A stretch of 64,000 bases of DNA, taken from NCBI RefSeq assembly GCF_964188315.1, contig NC_135659.1, positions 53,072,001 to 53,136,000 on the forward strand. The letters are read 5' to 3'. The notes beneath the pieces are model-generated. The model had not been told where the DNA came from, searched no databases, and was given only the letters and a program-made list of their open reading frames with translations. Made by a program: the position numbers and the translations under genes. Below, piece by piece: positions 25,201 through 36,634 of the stretch. The DNA is from Podarcis muralis. Its lineage: Eukaryota. The stretch's first letter is position 1; every line of letters begins with the position of its first letter.

Positions 25201-28200
25201 TGTTCGTTATGGCTGGTGATGTTTAGCTCATTTCTCTGTAGCCTGCCGTGGAGGGCTACACTTCATTTCTTACAAAGGTTGTAGACAGGACTATATTTAT
25301 ATAATAGCAATACCTTAAAAATTACAATTTATATAGGGCATTTCCCTATATCAATATCTTTACTTGCATGTAGAAGCAACACAGGGACAACAGGGCTAAT
25401 CCATGTTAGCTAGAGCTGCTCATGTGATGGTGTAACACCAGGCAACACTGAACGTCTCTCCATAGTGAATTGTGCAGGGAGCTTCCACAACCCATTTCAT
25501 GGGTTCATTATACATCACATACATTTTTTGGTGTTTTAAGTAATAGCCCTATATTATTGTTCATATTGTAAGTAAGCAGCCGAGGTGGAAAGAATAGCAG
25601 CTTGCCTAGTTGGTTTATGACTAGAGTGAAATTTGAGTTAGTAGCTTACCGACTCACACTCCTAGCCATCAATGCTTGTTCACAGTATCACGTCGCAGTA
25701 CAGTGTCAATTCAGCATCGAAAGCAAACATGCTTACATAGGGCAGGTAGAAAGCTGCTTTGTCTAATCACTTGCAATTTGAGCGCTTCATTTTAGGTTTC
25801 CTCTCACTTATGCTCCTGTGTGCTTGGTTTCTTACTTTTTCCAATGTTTCTATTATTAAGGGTTTGGGGTGGGTGAGCTAACATCCTTCTGTTTCAGCAT
25901 TCTGGGATGCTGCTGATTTTATCACTTTTCTTCCATATAGCTCCAAGACGCATTTTCTAAAGGTTCAATCAAGCCAGGCCTAAACGTTGTGCTAGAGGGA
26001 CAGCCAAAAGCTTTCAACAATGTGGTGAGTGCTGTATGATCATGAGCTTTGTGGGATTAATTTGTGTGGGCAGATTGAGCTTCTTTTGGATGGGCATACC
26101 ATTTAGCCAGAATAAAATTGTTCAGCCACTCAGTTCAGTCTGTCTGCTGAACTGAACCTTTAAACTGAATTCCTGGCATCTACAGTCCTCTTCAATTTTT
26201 GGAATGGCTTGGGCTTATTTATCTGCATGCTTGATGAGTCTCACCTTTTAGATTGGGCATCATCCACCACTTACATGGTAACTTGATGCTTTACTCATTT
26301 GGACCATCAAGACATGTTGGAGGTGGGGCAAGAAAAAAAGTTGACACTTATTTGACTACACTCTATCAAAATAAGAGTGGTACCGTGTTCTGCAGGCTGA
26401 TAAAAACCCTCAAGCTATTCAGTTTCTTTCAAATTTATAGGATAAATTCTGTATTGGCCTCTGTTTGTGTTGTCATTGTTAAGACTGAAGCACTAGGAGG
26501 AGTTTGAGGCTCAAAAACCTCTGGCATCTGATTTGATAGAGAGCAGAAGACAATGCATCTTTTTGGGGTGGGAGTATCAGGACATGGTCTGTTTGGGGAG
26601 GAGAGATTCCTAGTTCTGCATTGGTTGGCATGTTATCATGTAGAAGATTTTGGGTTGCATTTAATGCACAATTAATATGCTGTTTTCTAGGATGGATTGA
26701 AGCAGTGCTTGTCTGAATTCCAGAAACACCTGGCCTGGATTGAAAGGCTTGATGTTACCTCTCATTTGGAAACAAGTGCCACAAATGCAGCTTCTAGTCA
26801 AACACTTGACAAAGATGATGTTGACCCCGAGGATGACTTCAAGAGAGAGATGAGCTTGTAAGTCTGTGTATAGGAAGTAGAGCTGCTGCTTATCAGCCTG
26901 GTGTGTTGAGCTTTTAGCTTTTTTCAGCCATATGCACAATGGAACAATATGTTAGTAGTTCAAGAGTTTTTTATTGTCCAATGGAAGAAGTAACAATTTA
27001 CTAATGGTCCAATGGCTGCTTGCATATAACATCTTAATACATTATCCTGTGTTCCCAGCTATCGTCAAGCCCAAGCATCTGTTTTAGAAGCTTTGCCTCG
27101 GCTGCATAAGTTCAAAATCCCTACTAGGCGGCCTGATGACTATTTTGCAGAGATGGCAAAATCTGATCAGCAGATGCAGAAGGTAAGGTGCATGGTTCCT
27201 CTTCTTTTCTCATCTGGCTGCTATAATAGATATGTTAACAGTTGCTGGCCATATACAAAAATGTGGCACATTGGGTCTGGTATTTTGATGGTGCCTGATC
27301 GTAGTGCATCAGCAAATGGAGAAAAAGAGCTTTAGCAAAGTTCTTCTCAGTGCATAATGCTACAGATCATTGTTAATTAAAAATTTGTTAATAAAAGGCC
27401 ATAAAAAGCTTGCTTGTGGGCATTTTCGGTTTGTACTGAACTCTTAAGAAAGAGGGACTATAATGAAGATTGATTTTGTGTGGAACATAATGCTGCTGTC
27501 ACATACAACATTGGGTATGGGGCAAATGTGTGTAGTTTAGGGAAACAGGTCTTGCAGACTCAGTTGGGACCTGTGCCAGGCCTAGTTAAGCCTTTGGGTC
27601 AGAGGTTCCCATCCCTGCTGCATATTGTCTTGGGCCTTCAGAATAAAGAATTAGCCTTGGATTCTGCAGCAATTCTTTGGCAGCAATACATCCTCATCAA
27701 GCTCTTTAAAGAACTGTCATTTTTTTCTGTATTAACAAAATGATGCATCTAAGGCCATGGCTGCATTTTGAGGCATTAATAGTGAATTTGTGTGTTTGCT
27801 CTTGCCTCTCCCTTTGGTCATTATGTATCCAAGAAATAATGGTGGGTTATGAGTTTCTGGCATGATGCTTTTTCTTGTCTTGTGTGATCTTGCTGAAGAA
27901 AGACAGCAACTTATGCCCAACAGTTATAGAGTCTGAGTAGTCCTAAACAGTTGAAGCAATTGTCAAAATTCACGTTTAGGAGTGCAGCACACTCTAAGCT
28001 GCTTTGGTTTTCATTTCTGAAATTAAAAAGAGCATCATTGCCACAAACAAGCAGATTTTCATAGTCACAAATTCAGGGAACCTGCCTTCATCTGCATAAA
28101 AAGTACTTCGGTTGCTTTCTCTCAATTAGATTCGGCATAAGCTGAAGAGTAAACAAGAAGCAATGGAAAAGTCTGAAAGAGCCAAACAGCTCCGTGCCCT

Positions 28201-31138
28201 GAGAAAATACGGCAAAAAGGTGAGAAAAATGGTGACAAAAACATAGAAGCCCCCTTGGAATGGAGGAAGTGGGAAAGACACACCCATTGTTTTGATTGGC
28301 AGTCCCAGCGTTGGAATCCTTTGGCAAAAGTATCTAGAAATGTCATGAACAGGACTCCTGGGGTGTGGGAAGGATACATGTGTGTGCAAAAAAGGGGAGC
28401 ATTTTGGAAAGGACTGGGGTACTGTGGAAGGAAAGGCTCACTTTTTATTTCTTGTTGGTAGGTCCAAACTGAGGTGCTGCAGAAGAGGCAGAAGGAGAAA
28501 TCCACAATGCTGAATGCAATCAAGAAATACCAGAAAGGTGAGGCACTCCACTCCCACTTTATTCTTCACTACTCCCCCCCCCCCAACCCTTACTACAGCA
28601 GTAGAAAACTGTAGCCCTCTTCAGGCATTCAACTTGCATGTAAAAGCAACATGAAAGAGGGGCTAAGTATGCTCAGCTCCATCACAGTCCCTCCACAACT
28701 TGGGAGGGCACACTTCTGAAGCAGAGAGCTTCCTGGGTTGTGGAAGCTCCCTGCATGATTCAGAGCCCTGCTGTCCCTGTGTTGCGTTTGCATGCAAGTA
28801 GAATACCTAAAGAAAGGCTTATGTGTAGTCCATGTTGCAAGAACTTGGTTTGTGGGAAAGCTTGTTGATACCTCCAGCCACTGCTGCATAGAAAATATAG
28901 AAATTATAATCTAGTACTTGAGAGTCTAAATCAGGGGTCAGCAAACTTTTTTGGCAGGGGGCCGGTCCACTGTCCCTCAGACCTTGTGGGAGGCCGGACT
29001 ATATTTTGAAGGGAAAAAAAAGAACAAATTCCTATGCCCCACTAATAACCCAGAGATGCATTTTAAATAAAAGGACACATTCTACTCCTGTAAAAATATG
29101 CTGATTCCCGGACCGTCCACGGGCCGGATTTAGAAGGCGATTGGGCTGGATCCGGCCCCCGGGCCTTAGTTTGCCTACCCATGGTCTAAATGCTGCACAA
29201 TATTCCTGTGCATAGGTATACCCTTTTGGGTGATAAAGCAAGCCTTCCTGCAGTGTTTGTCCTGGAATTTCTGGCTTTGCATGCAGCTCATTTATTCTGT
29301 CTTTTATTCAGGTCTTTCGGACAAGCTGGACTTCTTGGAAGGTGAAAAAGCACCAGCAACTCAGGGAAAGAAGGCAGGGGCTGGAGGCCAGCATAAAAAT
29401 AAAGGGTAAGGCCTGTGAAGTGCAGGGATGTCTACTAAAACTTGCATTTCTTTTGCTTTACCATGAGTAAGTCTTTTATTGGATCAGTTTTGTTTTGTTT
29501 CGTGTTTAAGTTCTAAGTCCTTCTAATAACAAAAGTTGATCCATTAGCAGAGCACTGGAGGGGGAGCTAGGCGGCAGCGATGGGGTTGGATTGGCCAAAG
29601 GTGTCCCTCTGCCCAGCTCTCTCAGCTAAAGCAGCCTCCTGCTAGCTGATGGCAACTGAGTGGCTTGTCATTCCACTGATGTGGCACTGCCCCTTTCATT
29701 TGCAAATGCATGTGCAGAAGTGTTGTCAGTGAGGTCCCTGCTGGTGACAGTCACTGAAATTCTCCAAAAGGGTTTTTTGGAGGTGGGGAGGGGCTGAGCT
29801 GGCCAGTTGGATCCCAAGTTGATCTCACTGCCATCACACCCGACAGCATTGGAGCCCAAGATAAAAATTTAACTTCTTTCATACCTAACACCTAAGACTA
29901 ATGCCCTCAGAGTGCTTGATCGCTACAGCTAAACTAGCCTAGTAAGACTGAACTGACTGAGACCTACAGCCTTAGAACTGTTGCTGTTTGGGTGCACAGA
30001 AAAAGCAAACTAACTACTGGCTTCCAGTGTTTCTGTTTGTTGCTGAATGAGTAGTCTTTGCCATTAGGTGTCTGGCAAAGTGGGAATCAGGTTGTGAAGT
30101 GTCAGGATGGGGTGTGGGGTGCTGCTTAAAATAACGGTGTACTGCAGTTGGAATAATTCCTTTTGAGGGCAGGGAGAGAAAGATAAAAATGTGTGCTGAG
30201 GAGCCGGCCAGTTTTTGGGGAGAGAGATGGCTAAGTACCCAGCCATAATTAGCTGCTTGTTTTTCTTTCAGACCAAGTGCCAAACGACGCTACAAGAATC
30301 AGAAGTTTGGTTTTGGTGGCAAGAAGAAAGGGTCAAAATGGAACACTCGAGAAAGTCACAATGATACGTCCAACTTCCGTGCTAGTGTGGCCCACCACAA
30401 GGGTCCTGGGAAAGCAGGGAAAAAGGGTGCCAATGTGAGTACCTGCCATGAATTGTTTTTATTTAGACAATTCATGTTAATAAACAGAAGTGGCTTATAA
30501 TAAATTACCAATGCATTCATATAATTTGGAGGGATTTTAATCAGGCTGCACTTCTTATGGTTTAGAGTGGGCTCTTAGTATTTATTTATGGCTGCTGTTT
30601 ATTATATTGAGGGTGTGTGTTTGAGTTTTACTTACATTGCTTTATATATTGCTATCTTTTTTTTAAGTGAACTTTGTAAGGCAGGGTATAAATTCATTAA
30701 ATTTATAAGTGCATAAATTAAATGATTAAAATTTATCAGGGTGTCTTCTGCTGGCATAAATAAAAATTAGCTAACAGCTGCCAACTGGGAAAATCTTGCT
30801 GTAATCTGGCTGCTAGTGGAGCATTCGCTGAGCTGGTTCACACCTCACATTAAGCCACAGTCACAAGTAAACCATGGTGTTCTGTGAATGAGCAACAAGC
30901 AGGACTGTTCAGTCACTCTGCCCTGCCTGGACCCAGAAAAGCAACCCACAAGGCTTGGCTTGCCATTACAGGTGAACCAGCCCATTGTGGTACACAGCTC
31001 CCCCTCTCCCCCCTGCCATCACCCTTTCCCTTGTACAGTATAGCTAAGGTAGTAAAATGATAACATTCAACTTGTATCTCATTTTAGAAGAGGCCTGGCA
31101 AGAAGGTGAGGCAGAGGATGAAGAACCGTTCCCGATAA
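25099..31138 (+). CDS. EBNA1BP2: Probable rRNA-processing protein EBP2, 9 coding exons, ~301 aa
   Basis: Exons 25099-25155, 25941-26024, 26691-26857, 27059-27182, 28130-28219, 28462-28537, 29312-29405, 30272-30434, 31088-31138 (906 nt, GT-AG, in phase, TAA). Motifs SEESLVTDRELQDAF, DPEDDFKREMSFYRQAQ, RPDDYFAEMAKSD, KRRYKNQKFGFGGKKKGSKWNTRES and KRPGKKVRQRMKNRSR match EBP2. Lies between CFAP57 and CFAP144, as in human. Confidence 0.97.
25402..25465 (+). repeat. 64-bp dispersed duplicate, copy 2 (EBNA1BP2 intron 1)
   Basis: 63/64 identical to 17094-17157, same orientation. Confidence 0.9.
28932..29183. mobile_element. hAT (Charlie-like) MITE in EBNA1BP2 intron 6
   Basis: CAGGGGTCAGCAAAC...GTTTGCCTACCCATG ends with a perfect 8-bp TSD GTCTAAAT. 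Homologous to 57707-57959. Confidence 0.85.
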
Positions 31139-31945
31139 CGAGTAAAATGGGTGACCTTTCCTTCTTCGTGAAGTGTGACTCCCTACGGGACGTTGGCGTG
31201 AAGTGATGCTGAGCTGGACAACATAGCCGTTCAGATTGCCATTCAGAGTCAGCAAGTGGTGCTGCCTGACACTGGGCGTACGACTTCTCGTACATAAATA
31301 ACAAGCAGGTGCTTCTGGTTGCCTATATTTCATACTGATTTGGTCTTTCTTGATCCTCCTTGTGCAAGATGGTGAATTAAAAAGTCTTGATAGCTTGATC
31401 ATCCGTGTCAGGTTGGGAGAGATCCTTTCTGGTTTGCATTGGGTCTCACTAAATCCTTCACTTTTTTTGGTACCTCATACATAACACCAGCATGTGTGCT
31501 CCTCCTTGTCACCCAGCAGTGGTGCATGCAAAGTACTAAGCAACAGCTTTTGTATTTCTGCCACTTTATGACTTTCTTTGCTAAGGGCATTGGGTCCTCT
31601 TCCATTCAACAGCAGAAGATGGTGGTCTACCAGCAAATAATCACATGAACTACTGTTGCTGCTCATACCACAACTTCTGGTTGAGAAACAGATTGTCCTA
31701 TCCACCCACTATAAAAACTGATGACTTGCACAAAATGAATACGGTAGCAGAAATAGCAGGCAGTTTCAGGTCAGGTTTATTGTAATACTAAATGTTCACA
31801 TAACACAGGACTTTCCTATACCCACTGCCTTGCACCCTGTGTCAGGCCTCTGTCTTATGCTTTGCAATAATTAAAAGATGGAAGTCTGGAAGCCTAAATT
31901 TATGTCTACAGTCCTTCCCTTAAAGTCCTGCAATGCTGTGTTCCT

Positions 31946-34900
31946 TTATCGCTTATCTTTTGTCATCCCCTTCAGGCGCCACATAGCAGCCATATATCTG
32001 GTGATTTCAGTGCTCCGACTTGGGAAGTATAGCCTGTTGTCATTCCGGTTTACACTGATCTGTGAAGGAGAATATTACTATAGTATAAGAACATTTGGCA
32101 TAAGGGAGGAGCTAGGATTTGAATATTTTCCCCAAACTATCTCCCCATTTGGTGAAATGTCTAGATTCTGATAGCCAACCAGGTACTCCCTACAAACTTT
32201 CAAAGCTTTATCCATAGCTATAACAGCTTAAAATTATTTTCCTGTAAAGTCTGGATTCTTAAAATGCCAGACAACTACATACACTTCCCCAGAAGCTCCT
32301 TAAAAACCCACTTACCAAAGGTGAGGAAAACCAGCCGATTTCTTGGCTTTCTGTTTGTGGTTCTGTGTATTTCTTGTTTGGTTCAAGTGCGGCATGATGA
32401 ATTAGTTTCAGGAACTTAGCTATTAGGGTTAAAGCATTGGCAATGAGACTTGCTTAGTGTAGACTGGGTGCAAGGCATTTAAATTGCACTGAAATTTTTA
32501 GATGTGATGATGCTACAGTGCTCTGTTAAATGCTTATACAGTATCGATTTCAATGTTTGTTCTGCTCACATAACTTATTAGCTTGCACCTGAAGTTTTTA
32601 CATACTTCATTCATTTCACAATGCATATACTGCCTTTCATGGTCAATTCTCTCAAGTTGGCTTGCATCAAACAACAACAAAACGATACAACAAAATTAAT
32701 CATATACCAATAATACCCACCACCTGTTGTTGTTCAGTCATTTAGTCGTGTCCGACTCTTCGTGACCCCATGGACCAGAGCACGCCAGGCACTTCTGTCT
32801 TCCACTGCCTCCCGCAGTCTGCTCAAACTCATGCTGGTAGCCTCGAGAACACTATCCAACCATCTCGTCCTCGGTCGTCCCCTTCTCCCTGTGCCCTCCA
32901 TCTTTCCCACCACCTACCCCCTCAAAAAATGTTAGAGGAGTTGAACATGCTTTTGGTTCCTGCTGTGAATGAGGAAGGACAGCTGCTTTGCCTGTTCTGT
33001 GAGCAGCATTGCAAAAAAAGTTGGTATCTTTCGTTCTGTGTGTGTCAAATATCTAAAAACACTGGCAAACCTAGTAAAAATGCAATTGAATTTTCTTTGT
33101 ATTTAATGACAAGGTCATAGAATAGGATAGCCCACCCTTCGGCAACCTGGTGCCCTCTAGATGCTTGGGACCACAACTTCCATCAGCCCCAGCCAGTACA
33201 ACTGTCCTAGTTGGAGCTGATGAAGAGTTGTCATTCAAAACAGCTGGAGGGCATGAACTTTGTGAAGGCTGGGATAGCAGGTACTAAATCCTTCTGAAGA
33301 ACACACTCTTAGCTTGTGTTATGGCTTTGTCTTGTTTCTCTCATTTTCACTTGGGCCTATGTAACGAAAGTGGCATTTGCTTACCATCTTGTTTCCTAAT
33401 ATTTCCAGTAAGTCTTGTACCCTGGCCCTAATTCTAGATTTCCAGGCACTGCTCTTCTGCACAGAGTATAGCAACTGCATGCTGATGCCTATGCTGCCAT
33501 GCTCTCGCTCTGTAGATGCATGACAGGAGAATGAAGCTTGGAAAAGATTTTCAGTGAAGTTCACATCTTCTCTAAGGCAAACAGGAGGCCTGCATTGTTC
33601 TGGTAAAATGGGATGACTACAGTATTTTGTATAATTTAATAGAGGTTGCAGAAAACCTCAATTCCCAAAGACATATCCTCTTGGCTGCTCTACATTTTAC
33701 CCTTCCCAAAAGGTTAGCTGTCACTGGCCTTAAGGTAACTTCATTGTTGTCCCGAAAGGCTTAACTATATTACAACAGTATTTGCTGGCAAGAATTCGTT
33801 ACAAAAAGGCCACAAACCAGTGTCCATCCTGAAACCAATATCCTGGATAAAGGCATTTCAACATAACAAGCAGCTTTTAGGTCTCTCAGAACCCTTAGAA
33901 AGGTAAAGAATTAAAAAGATGAAATGGGAACTAATCTAGATGTTACTTTTAATGAAATAATATTAAGTTGGAAGTCAAATTTGATAGTATCACTGTGTGG
34001 CTAGGTAAGTTGGGGTTTGTTGCTTTGAATATTGAAGCTTGTGCTTTTAAATATTTATTTGCAAAAATATATCATTATTAAGAAAAAACAACATAATGGC
34101 AGTGACTTTTTTCTTAACTTGAAAGTTTCAGCGCTCCAACATACATGGAAAGGAATTGATCCAATAAAAGATTGATCCCAAAAAAACAAGAAATAGAAAA
34201 AATTGGAGCTATCAGCTGTCTCTTGCCACATTCCACTGCAGATTGTATAGTATAATGCTTTTTGGGTTACAGAGGGAGAAAGAGAGTGAAGTTTGACGTT
34301 TAGACTTCAGTATGGTGCTACATACTTTGCCTTCTTTGATTCATGCTGGAAAACATTTCATAAATGACTCCTCTGTTTCACTAACTTAAATGTAACTGTT
34401 TAAAAGCATGTGCTTACCATCTGCAGGTTCCTCTAAGTTATCATGCCAAGAGGTAGGCTTTCGAGTTATGGTGTAAACTAAAGGTAAAAGCAAAATAAGG
34501 CAAATTAATCACTAGATAACCTTAAGCAAGGGCAGAGGAAAACTAACAAAGCTTAGAAATTTATCATTTTTTCCCCACACCACCCGTCTTTGGCAGGAAT
34601 TTAGGCCTTTTTCTTAAATGCAGGTTTTCAAAGAACCACAAGGATATTTGGGGGACAACTGTTGCATAACTTTTGGGGGTCCCACAGATAGGCATGGGAG
34701 ACACTACAAAGCCATTGCATCATTTTAGAGGAAAACACTGGCACCTGGGATCAAAACTATTAGAGAGATTTGTGTAATATGTCAGTTTCCAGAGGGGTAG
34801 GCCTGTTAGGGTATGTTTACGTTAGTAGCTTAAAATGCAGCAAGGCCATTGCCCCTGCTGCTGTGTTTCAAGCTGCATTTGCACAGTGGTGTTCGCATCA

Positions 34901-36221
34901 GAGAAAGGGCAGGGTTGTCTTCCCACATGTGACATCTTTTCAATTTCTTGCCCCTGCAATCCCCACCATCCAACTCCTATTCATGAAGCCGTCATCTGTA
35001 TAAGTGTGCTCATCTGGGCATGTGAGATAGCTGTCTCAAATGTTCACATTGCTGTTTACTCCCCATCCAGTTTTCCAGCTAGATTAAAGCTAATTTTTTT
35101 TGGGGGGGCTAGGAAATGCATCAAACAATAGTATTTGTCAAGATCAGTATGGATTGTGGCTAACATCGTGTGAATGCAGCTTCAAAAAGCAGTGGGTGCC
35201 CTGGATGGGGAGTAAGCAGTAATGTGAACATATCCTTAGTATGTGGAGGCAAAAGGATATTTTAACAAGCTTTTTTGATGTGTTTATGAAACAGCTCTTC
35301 GTAAGTCTTCTTGACTGAATTTTAGGATTGCAAATCCAGGTACACAGAAAACTGCAAATATGTTTCCAAGAAATGGCTCTATTCTATGAATCCCTCCTGA
35401 ATTCACTTTGGCACTGAGAATGTGGTTTAGGAATATAGGAAGCTGCCTTATACCAAGTCCATGTAACACAGTATGGTCCACACCAGCTGGCAACAGCTCC
35501 CCAGGATTTCAGGCGGGATTTTCTCCCAGCCTCACCTAGAGATGCTGGGGATTGAACCTGAGACCTGCAAGCACTGAGCTACAGCCCCTCCCCTTTAGTT
35601 ATTGCACCTCTAAACGCCCCTGATCCTATGGAGATCTACCCGCTCATATTGCAGCTCATATTTCTGCTTGGGCATTTAAAGTGCACTTTATGTGATAACA
35701 CAAATTGCTGCTGCTGTGAGGGTCGGTCTGCATACATTTAAGCTCTAATTCAACTGCCAATACAGTACTGCTTTTGCATTCCTTTGCTACTTGTTTCCAA
35801 CCTACCACTTTCCCTCCTTTACACAGATGTGTGTGTGGGTCAGAAACCTGTGGATCACACTCTTTAAAGTGCCACAAACCCCTCTGGTGGTGGTTGGGGT
35901 TTTTTATTTTAGTTTGCAGCAAGTTTACTTGACTTTCTACAAACGTATGACAATTAGCACCCGTGGAAAGGGGGGAAACTAGAGCTGGAGTCAAGAGCCA
36001 GGGGACTCCCTTAGACCTAACTGGGAAGCTCCGTCTGCCCATGAGAAGGGGAGAAGTCTCTCCCCTCCCCCCGGTACCCCCGTACCCGTCATCAGGGGGT
36101 TCATCGCGTATTCCGTCTGCAGGCGCTGGCATCGTAGCTCCTTCCGGACCGTCTCGCAGAAGATCTTGTTCTGGCTTACTGGGTCCAATGGTTCCTTTGG
36201 GACCCGCGCGGCTCCTGCCAT
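31946..36221 (-). CDS. CFAP144: Cilia- and flagella-associated protein 144 (FAM183A), 4 coding exons, ~137 aa
   Basis: Exons 36221-36086, 34477-34418, 32419-32316, 32059-31946 (414 nt, in phase, TAA). Peptide ...[17 protein letters not shown] / [20 protein letters not shown] / [30 protein letters not shown] / ...[11 protein letters not shown] matches the FAM183 family. AATAAA (minus) at 31776-31781. Confidence 0.93.
32726..32908 (-). mobile_element. Short 3' fragment of RTE/Bov-B LINE in CFAP144 intron 2
   Basis: Reverse-complement homolog of 3720-3910 (TGTTGTTGTTCAGTCATTTAGTCGTGTCCGACTCTTCGTGACCCCATGGACCAGAGCACGCCAGGCAC). Flanking direct repeat CCCACCACCT at 32716-32725 and 32906-32915. Confidence 0.88.
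35421..35592 (-). mobile_element. Degenerate tRNA-derived SINE (L2-tailed squamate type)
   Basis: Reverse complement reads GGGAGGGGCTGTAGCTCAGTG...GGTTCAATCCCCAGCATCTC (A/B boxes) and ends in a AAGGCAGCTTCCTAT-like tail. A related copy is at about 37795-37920 on the plus strand. Confidence 0.55.
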
Positions 36222-36634
36222 GTGCCGCTATCTGGCGGGGAGGCTATTTAGAACGTGCCCGGAGCGCCCCGAAATGCCCTTCGTGTATGTTGCGGGCGGC
36301 GTTTCCCCACCTTTTCGTATCCTAGCAACCGAGCGAAACGTCGCAGCCGAAAGTTGCGCCGGGATTCTGACCGCGCCCCTTCTCTATTTCATTGGTCGAG
36401 GAGTTAAATCTCCGGCAGCGCTGATTGGCTGCTGCGACCCCGGTTAAAGGTTTGAATCCGCTTGCGGCAGAAGCGAAGGCACGGCTGGAAGAGTTATTTA
36501 CGCACATGGGAGAAATAAGCGGCTGCCGAAATCAACGCGAAAGGGAAAGGCAGCAAGAAGTCGGCGTCTTTTCTGTACAGACATTTTAGCAGGTCTCGAA
36601 TTCTGCGTTGCCTCCTCGTTTTCAGTCGGACGGG
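36222..36634. promoter_or_regulatory. CpG-island bidirectional promoter, CFAP144/PIF1
   Basis: 413 nt between divergent ATGs. X-box-like GTATCCTAGCAAC at 36317-36329; inverted CCAAT boxes (ATTGG) at 36391 and 36424, 33 bp apart; CHR TTTGAA at 36451-36456. Confidence 0.78.

Noticed and set aside
33319-33564. 81-aa minus-strand ORF as a candidate CFAP144 exon
   Set aside because: No FAM183 similarity; the exon at 32419-32316 fits both phase and motif.
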